This document shows positions 24,780-32,000 of a stretch of 32,000 nucleotides of DNA, in pieces; the stretch's first letter is position 1; each line of letters opens with the position of its first letter. Origin of the DNA: Egibacteraceae bacterium (lineage in GTDB: Bacteria; Actinomycetota; Nitriliruptoria; Euzebyales; Egibacteraceae); assembly GCA_050743125.1 (NCBI GenBank), contig JBOGEB010000013.1, positions 11,287-43,286 on the forward strand. The letters are read 5' to 3'. The position numbers and the translations under genes are program-made. A model generated the notes under the pieces. It was not told where the DNA came from and did no database searches. It was given only the letters and a program-made list of their open reading frames with translations.

Positions 24780-26191
24780 GCGCAGGGGCGGGCCGCGATG
24801 CGTTCCACGATTTTCGGGCCCAGCAGGGTCACGTCCCCGGCGCCCATCGTCAGCACCAGGTCCCCCCGCTGCGCCAGGCTCGCGACCACGTCCGGAACGG
24901 CGGTCCAGCAGGGCTCGGTGCGCACCACACCGCCGTGCTCGAGCACGGCCTGGGCGACAATCTGGGAGGTCACACCCGGGATGGGCTCCTCGTGGCTGGC
25001 GTAGACCTCCATGAGGACGACCAGGTCGGCAGACGCGAGCACCCGGCCGGCCTCCGCGCCGAGCGCGCGGGTACGGCTGAACCGGTGCGGCTGGAAGACG
25101 ACCACAACCCGGCCGCGGCCGTCGAGGACCGCTCGTGCGGTCTCCAGGTCGGCCGTGATCTCGGTGGGGTGGTGAGCGTAGCTGTCCACCACGGTCACGC
25201 CTCCGGCCTCACCCTTGACGGTGAACCGGCGGCGCACTCCCTGGTAGCGTCCCAGCGCCTCGGCCATCCGCCGTGGATCCGCGCCGAGCGCCATGCCCAC
25301 CGCGAGCGCCCCGACGGCGTTGTGGGCCATGTGCCTTCCCGGTACGCCCACCCAGACCGCGATCTCGCCCACCTCAGAGATCCGCACGGCGGCCGTGCTG
25401 ACGAACCCGTGAGTCTCGATCTTGACGATGCGCACCTCGGCGGAGTCGGACTCGCCGTAGGTCACCACGCGCAGGCCCGGAGCGGAGGAGGCCAGGCGAT
25501 CGCAGAGCTGCCGGCTCCCCGGGTCGTCGGCCGAGGCCACCAGCGTTCCGCCCGGCTGGATGCGGTGCGCGAAGGTCTCGTAGGCGCTGAGATGCTCGTC
25601 CGCACAGGTGTAGTGATCGTGGTGATCCTCCTCCACGTTCAGCACAGTCGCTGCGAGCGGTCGGTAGTAGTGGAAGCTGCGGTCGCTCTCGTCCGCCTCG
25701 GCGACGAAGATGTCGCCGCTGCCGTGGTGAGCATTGCTGGTGGGCTCGTCCAGGTCCGCTCCGATCGCGTACGACGGGTCAAGGCCCAGTCCCTGGAAGG
25801 CCGCTACGAGCATGGCGGTGGTGCTGGACTTGCCGTGCGTGCCCGCGACCGCCACCGACCGGTAGCCGTCCATGAGCACGGCCAGGGCCTGCGCCCGGTG
25901 CGCCACGGGAATGCCCCTCACGCGGGCTGCCCGCAGCTCAGGGTTCGACTCCGGGATCGCCTGGGAGACCACGACGCAGCTCGCGTCGGTCACCCGCTCC
26001 GCGGCGTGACCGACGTGCACCTCGCAGCCAAGCCGCCGCAGCGCCTCCAGCACCCCAGAGTCCGTCACGTCGCTGCCTGCCACCCGGCAGCCCCGGACCG
26101 CGCAGATCTTCGCGACCGCGGACATCCCGATCCCCCCGATCCCCACGAAGTAGGGTCGGCGCAGGTCCAGCGGCGGCGCGACGCCGGCCAT
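24767..26191 (-). CDS. murC: UDP-N-acetylmuramate--L-alanine ligase
   Basis: YFVGIGGIGMSAVAKI...VAGSD, AVAGTHGKSSTTAML, FVAEADESDRSF, and Mur ligase middle and C-terminal domains. The ATG at 26191 (GGGAG 8 nt upstream) is preferred over the TTG at 26197. Confidence 0.9.
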   Translation of the reverse strand: MAGVAPPLDLRRPYFVGIGGIGMSAVAKICAVRGCRVAGSDVTDSGVLEALRRLGCEVHVGHAAERVTDASCVVVSQAIPESNPELRAARVRGIPVAHRAQALAVLMDGYRSVAVAGTHGKSSTTAMLVAAFQGLGLDPSYAIGADLDEPTSNAHHGSGDIFVAEADESDRSFHYYRPLAATVLNVEEDHHDHYTCADEHLSAYETFAHRIQPGGTLVASADDPGSRQLCDRLASSAPGLRVVTYGESDSAEVRIVKIETHGFVSTAAVRISEVGEIAVWVGVPGRHMAHNAVGALAVGMALGADPRRMAEALGRYQGVRRRFTVKGEAGGVTVVDSYAHHPTEITADLETARAVLDGRGRVVVVFQPHRFSRTRALGAEAGRVLASADLVVLMEVYASHEEPIPGVTSQIVAQAVLEHGGVVRTEPCWTAVPDVVASLAQRGDLVLTMGAGDVTLLGPKIVERIAARPCATEH

Positions 26192-26448
26192 GAACAACTC
26201 CCGACTCGAAGCGGCCCCGGATCACGTGTTGTGACCAAGATCACGAGGCCAGCGAAGACATCGATGCAGGATATCTCGGGCGCCTGATCGGGAATCGCGA
26301 GGGCACTGTTCGGGTGCCGGCGTTCGCGGAGGATCTGCGAGCGCCGGACCGCAAGGTCAGCGAGCTCAGCGCGGTCCTGTGTGCAATGCGCCTCCAAAGC
26401 GCGGGTCGTTCCGGCCGATCAGCCCCTGGCTGCCGCGACGGCCGCTCC

Positions 26449-27657
26449 TCAGGGAGCGGTCGACGGCGTGAGCCCAGGGGCGGCCAGGGCGGTGAGCACG
26501 CTGGTGGTGCGCTGCAGGGATTCATGCAGTTGGGCGCGGAGCCCACTGCCAAGGTTGGGGTCGTCGAGGGCGAGGGCCACCGGCACGATCCTGAAGTCGC
26601 TGCGGTCGACCCGGGTGGGGGTGAAGGTCAGCGCCTCAACGGCGAAGGTGCCTCGCTGTGCGTCCTCGGTCACCCGCGCCTCGACGATGACGCCGTCTTG
26701 GGCGGCGGCGGCGCAGCAGGCGGCCGACTGGTTCGACAGGAAGTTGCCGAGCCCGTAGACCACGTACTCTGCGCCGATCCGCTCCACCGGCTGCACCACG
26801 TGCGCGTGGTGGCCGACGATCAAGTCGATGTCGGGCGACGGCAGAAGCTGGTGGGCCAACGCCGACTGCTCGGCGGTGGGCGTCCAGCGGTACTCCACTC
26901 CCCAGTGCAGGCTCACGACCACGAACTCGGCTCCGGCGGCTCGGGCGGCGTGCGCGTCGGCGAGGATACGGTTGGCGTCGATGAGGTTCGCCAGCCACGG
27001 TTGGCGCGCAGGCAACGGGAGGCCGTTGAGGCCGAAGGTGTAACTGAGGTGACCTACCGTCACCCCCTTGACCTGGTACAGCCGGGGGGTTGCCCCCTCC
27101 TCCGCGGTGCGGGCGGTGCCGGAGTGGCCGATACGCGCGCGGTCGAGTTGCTCGAGGGTGGCCGCCACCCCGTCGGCGCGGGCGTCGAGGGCGTGGTTGG
27201 ACGCGGTCGAGCAGCCGTCATAGCCCGCGTCGGCAAGCGCAGTCGCTAGCTGGAACGGGACGTTGAACAGGGGGTAGCCGCTCAGGTCCGAGTTGTCGCG
27301 CGAGAGCGGGGTCTCGAGATGGCAGACGGCCAGGTCGGCGGCCGAGAGGATCGGGCGCACGGCGGCGAACATCGGGCTGTAGTCGTACCCGCCGCCCGCG
27401 CGGGCGCCGTTGGCGGCCGCTTGGCGGGTCACCCCCGAGTGCGACAGCACGTCGCCGGTGAAGGCCAGCGTGAAGGTCCTCGGCTCCGGCTCCGGGGTTG
27501 GTGCCGCCGTGGGAGATGCGCCCGTGGCGCCCTCGCCCTTTCCGACGTCGACCGGGCCAGTCACGGCGTACGCGGCAGTCGCAGCCAGAAGCGCGAACCC
27601 CACAACAGCAACGATCCCCCGCCCCGTTCCCCCCATCCCCAACCACCATACCCGCAT
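26449..27657 (-). CDS. CapA-family (PGA_cap) metallophosphoesterase-like exported protein
   Basis: ATG at 27657 (MRVWWLGMGG...) followed by a signal/TM segment. Motifs: FTGDVLSH, AVCHLETPL, CSTASNHALD, VVSLHWGVEY, DLIVGHHAHVVQP, YGLGNFLSNQ. Confidence 0.85.
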   Translation of the reverse strand: MRVWWLGMGGTGRGIVAVVGFALLAATAAYAVTGPVDVGKGEGATGASPTAAPTPEPEPRTFTLAFTGDVLSHSGVTRQAAANGARAGGGYDYSPMFAAVRPILSAADLAVCHLETPLSRDNSDLSGYPLFNVPFQLATALADAGYDGCSTASNHALDARADGVAATLEQLDRARIGHSGTARTAEEGATPRLYQVKGVTVGHLSYTFGLNGLPLPARQPWLANLIDANRILADAHAARAAGAEFVVVSLHWGVEYRWTPTAEQSALAHQLLPSPDIDLIVGHHAHVVQPVERIGAEYVVYGLGNFLSNQSAACCAAAAQDGVIVEARVTEDAQRGTFAVEALTFTPTRVDRSDFRIVPVALALDDPNLGSGLRAQLHESLQRTTSVLTALAAPGLTPSTAP

Positions 27658-27684
27658 GCGCTCGAGGCGGGGGCAGCTCGTCCG

Positions 27685-27727
27685 CAACTCGGAGTTAGGG
27701 ACGTATGTGCCCCGAACTCCGAGTGGG
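27685..27727. repeat. 43-bp imperfect-palindromic element, copy A
   Basis: CAACTCGGAGTTAGGGACGTATGTGCCCCGAACTCCGAGTGGG. The internal inverted repeat is ACTCGGAGTT/AACTCCGAGT. It shares 35/43 ungapped identities with copy B, 1041 bp downstream in the same orientation. Confidence 0.8.
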
Positions 27728-27776
27728 GTTGTCCACAGACTCCGCTTTGACGTCCAAAACCCGCATTCCACGCGAG

Positions 27777-28739
27777 ATGCTGGTGTGCATGTCGCAGCTG
27801 CCGCGGGAAGTCCGTCAGCTCATGGGCGCACAGTGGGGTCTCGTCACCCGGACACAGCTCCTTGGCCGGGGATGGGGAGTGGACGCTGTCAGAGGCTGGG
27901 TCCGGGGAGACCGGCTCGAGCGGGTGCATCGAGGGGTCTACCGGGCGCCCGGAAGCGCGCAGCCGCCAGAGCAGCCGGTGCTCGCGGCCGTGCTCCGTGC
28001 CGGTCCAGGGGCTCGGGCCGGGGGCCGGACGTCCTGCGCGCTCCACCAGCTGGAGGGCTTCGTCCTGCGAGGACCGCCCGAGGTTGTCGTGCCGTCCGCT
28101 CGCGCCGTGACCGGGGTTTCGTTCCTTGTCAAGGCCACCCTCGTCGAGGCGCCGGAGCAGACGACGGTCCGCGGGGTGCCCGCCCTGTCGGCGGCCCGGG
28201 CGCTGATCGAGGTCGCCTCGGCCATCGACGAGCGGATGTTGCGGGTGGCGATCGACAGCGCCCGGGGCCAGCGGCTGCTGTCGGTACGCTGGCTGCAGCG
28301 GCGCGCCGACGCGCTTGAGACACATCATGGTGCGCGGATCGTGGCGCGGGTGCTGAGCAGCGGGGTGATGAGGCCCGAGTCCGAGGGTGAGCGCACCCTC
28401 GCCGGGGTCGTGAAGGGCATCGAGCCCGAGCCCGAGTGGGGGATCAGCGACCTTGTTCCCGGCCGTCGGCTCGACCTGGGCTGGCGGCTTGCGCTGTTCG
28501 GCCTCGAGTACGACGGGCGCGACCATCACGTCTTGCCGACCGACCGTGACGCCGACGGAGTACGCGACCTGGAGTCGCTGGTTTCGGGCGTTGTGATTCT
28601 CCGCGTCACCGCCGGGATGATCCGCGAGCAGCCGGAACGGACCCGTGCGCTGATCGAGGCGATCCTGCGCCGACGCCTCGGTGAGATGGCCACGCTCCGC
28701 GACGCCGGTCTGCTCCACGTGTCCCCAACCCGGAGTTAG
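27777..28739 (+). CDS. DUF559/Vsr-like endonuclease-fold protein with AbiEi-like N-terminal domain
   Basis: The N-terminus (GLVTRTQLLGRGWGVDAVRGWVRGDRLERVHRGVYRAPG) and C-terminus (PEPEWGISDLVPGRRLDLGWRLALFGLEYDGRDHH...D..RD..L...G..ILR) are typical of this widespread actinobacterial family. The start is ATG at 27777 or 27789. Confidence 0.7.
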   Translation: MLVCMSQLPREVRQLMGAQWGLVTRTQLLGRGWGVDAVRGWVRGDRLERVHRGVYRAPGSAQPPEQPVLAAVLRAGPGARAGGRTSCALHQLEGFVLRGPPEVVVPSARAVTGVSFLVKATLVEAPEQTTVRGVPALSAARALIEVASAIDERMLRVAIDSARGQRLLSVRWLQRRADALETHHGARIVARVLSSGVMRPESEGERTLAGVVKGIEPEPEWGISDLVPGRRLDLGWRLALFGLEYDGRDHHVLPTDRDADGVRDLESLVSGVVILRVTAGMIREQPERTRALIEAILRRRLGEMATLRDAGLLHVSPTRS

Positions 28740-28768
28740 GGGCATATGTGGCGCTAACTCCAAGTTGG
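28726..28768. repeat. 43-bp imperfect-palindromic element, copy B (overlaps the stop codon of the DUF559 gene)
   Basis: CAACCCGGAGTTAGGGGCATATGTGGCGCTAACTCCAAGTTGG. See copy A. Confidence 0.8.
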
Positions 28769-28865
28769 TGGCGGGTGCCCACGGTAGCTCTCACGCCGGG
28801 CAGCGGGTAGGTTGCGGGCCAATTGAGCTCACGGCTCACAGAACCGACAGCAAAGGAGCCCGATC

Positions 28866-29303
28866 ATGGCAACGCAGCGCAAGGCGTCCGCGATCTGGGA
28901 GGGCGGCCTGACGGGTGGCAAGGGGTCGGTGACCCTGGAGTCGTCAGGAATGGGTTCGTTCGACGTGTCCTGGCCCGCCCGGGCCGAGGCGCCCGGTGGC
29001 CTGACGAGCCCCGAGGAGCTCGTGGCGGCGGCCCACGCCTCCTGCTACGCGATGGCCCTGTCGCACGCGATCGGTGAGGCGGGCGGCACGCCGACGCGCC
29101 TGGACACCTCGGCGACGGTCACGTTCGGCAAGGTCGAGGGCGGGTTCGCCGTCACGAGGATTGAGCTGGCCGTCCGTGGCCAGGTCAAAGACATGGACGA
29201 GCAGGGCTTCCTGAAGGCCGCGAACGCCGCCAAGGACGGCTGCCCGATCTCACAGCTGGTCAAGGGCAACACCGAGGTCGCCCTCGACGCCGCCCTCGCC
29301 TAG
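28866..29303 (+). CDS. osmC: OsmC/Ohr family peroxiredoxin-like protein
   Basis: 145 aa, with AGGAG 7 nt upstream. SPEELVAAAHASCYAMAL and DGCPISQ carry the two conserved Cys of the OsmC family. Confidence 0.9.
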   Translation: MATQRKASAIWEGGLTGGKGSVTLESSGMGSFDVSWPARAEAPGGLTSPEELVAAAHASCYAMALSHAIGEAGGTPTRLDTSATVTFGKVEGGFAVTRIELAVRGQVKDMDEQGFLKAANAAKDGCPISQLVKGNTEVALDAALA

Positions 29304-29319
29304 CGCGCGTCCCTGATCC

Positions 29320-31737
29320 ATGAGCCAGCAGTCCCTCTTTGACGGCCAACGCGTCGTCGATATCGACATCGCCGCCAAGATGGAGCAGTCGTTTCTCGAC
29401 TACTCCATGAGCGTCATCGTCGGGCGGGCGTTGCCCGACGTGCGCGACGGACTGAAGCCGGTCCAGCGGCGGATCCTCTACGCGATGGCCGAAGCCGGCC
29501 TGCGTCCTGATCGTCAGCACCGCAAATGCGCGGCGGTGATCGGCGACGTGATGAAGAAGTACCACCCGCACGGGGACGCCTCGATCTACGACGCCCTGGT
29601 GCGGATGGCGCAGGACTTCACGATGCGCGCGCCGCTCGTCGATGGGCACGGCAACTTCGGCTCGGTCGACGGGGACGCCGCGGCCGCGCACCGCTACACC
29701 GAGGCGCGGCTCGCGCCCATCGCCATGGAGCTGCTCCAGGGCATCGACGAGGGCACGGTCGACTTCGTCCCCAACTACGACGGTTACGAGACCGAGCCTG
29801 TCGTGCTGCCGGCGCGCTTCCCGAACCTGCTCGTCAACGGCGCGAGCGGCATCGCCGTGGGGATGGCGACGAACATCCCGCCGCACAACCTCGGCGAGGT
29901 CGTCGATGCGTGCCTGACGCTGATCCGCACGCCCGAGGCGACCGTCGATGAGCTGATGGACGTCCTGCCGGCTCCCGACTTCCCGACGGGGGGGCGGATC
30001 CTGGGCACCGACGGGATCCGGGACGCGTACCTGACCGGGCGGGGCGCGATCACCGTCGAGGCGATCGCGACCACCGAGATGCGCTCCGGCGGCCTGCCCC
30101 GGATCATCGTCACCGAGATCCCCTACCAGGTGAACAAGGCGCTGCTGTTGGAGCGGGTCGCGAACCTCGTGAAGGACCGCAAGGTCGACGAGATCCGCGA
30201 CCTGCGCGACGAGTCCTCACGGGACGGCATGCGCATCGTCATCGAGCTGAAACGCGGCGAGGACCCGTCGTGCGTGCTCGACAAGCTCTACCGCCTGACC
30301 GACCTGCGGATGAACTTCAACGTGAACTTCGTGGCGCTCGCCAGTCCGAGCGCCGGGGCACCACCCCAGCCGCAGACGCTCGGGCTGCGCGAGGCGCTCG
30401 TCGCGTACCTCGACCACCAGCGCGTCGTCGCCACCCGGCGGACCCGGTTCCGGCGCGACAAGGCGGCAGCCCGCGTCCACGTGCTCGAGGGGCTGCTCGT
30501 CGCGCTCGACCACCTCGACGAGGTCATCGCGCTGATCCGCGGCGCCGAGACCGCCGACGCCGCGCGCCGTGAGCTGCAGGCTCGGTACGACCTCGACGAG
30601 GTCCAGGCGACCGCGATCCTCGACCTGCAGCTCCGCCGGCTTGCCGCGCTGGAGCGGCAGCGGCTCGTCGAGGAGCACCGCGACCTGCTCCGGTTGATCG
30701 CCGATCTCGACACGATCCTCGCCGACCCAGCGAAGCTCGACGGGCTGGTCGCCGGCGAGCTGCGCGCGATCAAGGCGGGCCACGCGAACCCCCGGCGCAG
30801 CCGGCTCGACGCCGGGACAGCCGAGGCTGGTGTCCAGGCTCGACCTCTGCTCGACGCCCAGCCGGTCACCGTCTACGTCACGGCCGGCGGTTGGCTCAAG
30901 GCCGTCCCGCAGCAGCCCACCTCGGCTCCGCACACCCAACCTCGTGACCCGGTCGTCGCGGTCGTCCACGCCCGCACCGACGAGACGCTCCTCCTTGTCG
31001 ATGCGGACGGCGGCGGGTACCGCGTGGCGCTTGCGGACGTGGCGGTCACAACGATGCGGCAGCGGGGAGTGGCGCTCGGGGCGTTGCTCGGTGAGGGCTC
31101 CGGTCTCCCGCCGCTGATCGGCGCGATCCGGCTCGAGCCTGGCGTCGAGACCGTGCTCACCGTCTCGGCCCAGGGCCTCGTCAAGCGCACCGAGCGAGCC
31201 GAGTACGAGGGGCGGACACGCGCGATGGTCGCCGCCGGGGTGCGCGAGGGCGACGCGCTCGTCGGCGTGACCGGCTGCAACGAGGGCGACCACGTCCTGA
31301 TCGCGCACGACGGCGGCCAGGCGATCCGCTTCCCTGCCGCCGACATCCGGCCGATGGGCCGGGCGGCCACCGGCGTCGCCGGGATCAAGGTGCCCCCCAG
31401 CGGTCGCGTCGCCGCGGTCACGGTCTGTCCCGGCGGCCTGGATCGAGACGACCAGGGCCCCGACCGTGAGGTCCTCACCCTGTTGCGTAACGGTCGGGCG
31501 GTGCGTGCACCGCTCGCCGAGTTTCCGATCCAGGGCCGCGGCGGCAAGGGCGTTCGGTGCGGTGCGCCGCCGGTCGTGTGGTGCGGCCTTGCGGCCGACC
31601 TCCACGTGTCGATCGGCGAGGAGGCGATGGTTCTTTCTGCGGTTGACGCTCCGGCCGGCAAACGGGCGGGGAGGGCCTCGGCGGTGATCGCGCCGGTCAG
31701 CGGCTCGGTTGTGCCTGAGGTCCGCGGGAGCGGGTAA
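29320..31737 (+). CDS. type IIA DNA topoisomerase subunit A (GyrA/ParC family)
   Basis: FLDYSMSVIVGRALPDVRDGLKPVQRRILYAM, YHPHGD, GNFGSVDGDAAAAHRYTEARL (catalytic Tyr), and a C-terminal beta-pinwheel region. No B subunit lies adjacent in the window, so a ParC-like paralog is as likely as GyrA. Confidence 0.9.
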   Translation: MSQQSLFDGQRVVDIDIAAKMEQSFLDYSMSVIVGRALPDVRDGLKPVQRRILYAMAEAGLRPDRQHRKCAAVIGDVMKKYHPHGDASIYDALVRMAQDFTMRAPLVDGHGNFGSVDGDAAAAHRYTEARLAPIAMELLQGIDEGTVDFVPNYDGYETEPVVLPARFPNLLVNGASGIAVGMATNIPPHNLGEVVDACLTLIRTPEATVDELMDVLPAPDFPTGGRILGTDGIRDAYLTGRGAITVEAIATTEMRSGGLPRIIVTEIPYQVNKALLLERVANLVKDRKVDEIRDLRDESSRDGMRIVIELKRGEDPSCVLDKLYRLTDLRMNFNVNFVALASPSAGAPPQPQTLGLREALVAYLDHQRVVATRRTRFRRDKAAARVHVLEGLLVALDHLDEVIALIRGAETADAARRELQARYDLDEVQATAILDLQLRRLAALERQRLVEEHRDLLRLIADLDTILADPAKLDGLVAGELRAIKAGHANPRRSRLDAGTAEAGVQARPLLDAQPVTVYVTAGGWLKAVPQQPTSAPHTQPRDPVVAVVHARTDETLLLVDADGGGYRVALADVAVTTMRQRGVALGALLGEGSGLPPLIGAIRLEPGVETVLTVSAQGLVKRTERAEYEGRTRAMVAAGVREGDALVGVTGCNEGDHVLIAHDGGQAIRFPAADIRPMGRAATGVAGIKVPPSGRVAAVTVCPGGLDRDDQGPDREVLTLLRNGRAVRAPLAEFPIQGRGGKGVRCGAPPVVWCGLAADLHVSIGEEAMVLSAVDAPAGKRAGRASAVIAPVSGSVVPEVRGSG

Positions 31738-31750
31738 GCGACGCGTCCTT

Positions 31751-31785
31751 GTGCTGGATCCGCGACGTGTGTCGCGATCCAGCAC
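31751..31785 (+). terminator. hairpin terminator candidate downstream of the topoisomerase gene
   Basis: GTGCTGGATCCGCGAC-gtgt-GTCGCGATCCAGCAC (15-bp stem with one bulge) followed by TTCTG, 14 nt after the stop. Confidence 0.5.
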
Positions 31786-31976
31786 TTCTGAGGCAAGGAA
31801 ACCTTGGCGTCCTTATTCGGGCCCGCACACCCTCCTTTTGAACGAGGCTGTGCGCCTCGAAACCCTCCCTTCGGTGGGCGACGACATCGGGCTTGCGCCG
31901 GATGGCAGCGGCGCTCCCGCCCCCTACCGTTCGAGGCGTCGCTGTTGACCGCCGACCGCGACTCGGAGGAGGGAAG

Positions 31977-32000
31977 ATGGACGCTCAGACCAATATCAAG
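31977..32000 (+). CDS. start of an unidentified gene (runs off right edge)
   Basis: ATG at 31977 is preceded by GGAGGAGGGAAG. Only 8 codons (MDAQTNIK) are visible. Confidence 0.3.

Noticed and set aside
24686-26287. 533-aa plus-strand ORF
   Set aside because: It is antisense to murC, which has unambiguous Mur ligase motifs. Its composition is shadow-ORF-like.
26065-26397. 110-aa minus-strand ORF between capA and murC
   Set aside because: It has a TTG start, moderate GC3 and no motifs, and its 3' part overlaps the murC start region in another frame. The evidence is insufficient.
1-32000. tRNA, rRNA or other structured RNA genes
   Set aside because: A visual scan found no T-loop (GGTTCGAATCC-like) or anticodon-arm patterns and no rRNA-like conserved blocks. 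None is reported.

Overview
High-GC (~70%) actinobacterium-like chromosomal window. The flanks carry ordinary genes: a glutamine-synthetase-family ligase plus amidohydrolase pair, a Pro-rich anchored protein, a HisKA_2 kinase with an ANTAR response regulator, a sigma-70 factor, murC, a CapA-family protein, a DUF559-type protein, osmC and a GyrA/ParC-type topoisomerase subunit. The centre (~5.9-20.3 kb) is an accessory island built around a reverse-transcriptase-associated type III CRISPR-Cas locus with fused subunits, resembling the type III-D variant (III-Dv) layout as I recall it. Gene order is: membrane-anchored CARF protein, 5'-truncated Cas5(Csx10)-Cas11, double Cas7, Csx19-like, large Cas7 with insertion, small accessory protein, Cas6, RT-Cas1, Cas2. 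Most of these genes have overlapping or near-abutting start and stop codons. No cas10 is present in the window. Several features are not visible in the ORF track. A 5'-truncated HepT (HEPN, Rx4H) toxin fragment on the minus strand abuts the truncated cas5-cas11 gene, which looks like a deletion scar where cas10 would be expected. RT-Cas1 has an in-frame TAG at a conserved Trp codon. A vestigial two-repeat, one-spacer CRISPR array lies just downstream of cas2. Beyond it are composite, multiply frameshifted transposase debris and a DUF222-HNH gene. About 4.2 kb of Cas7-type effector genes remain uninterrupted. The locus is therefore either decaying or a Cas10-independent RNA-guided module, and I cannot tell which from sequence alone. 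Other oddities are a perfect 48-bp palindrome between the sigma gene and murC, a 43-bp palindromic element directly repeated on both sides of the DUF559 gene, and apparent frameshifts in two further genes. All family assignments come from motif reading and recall, not from searches.
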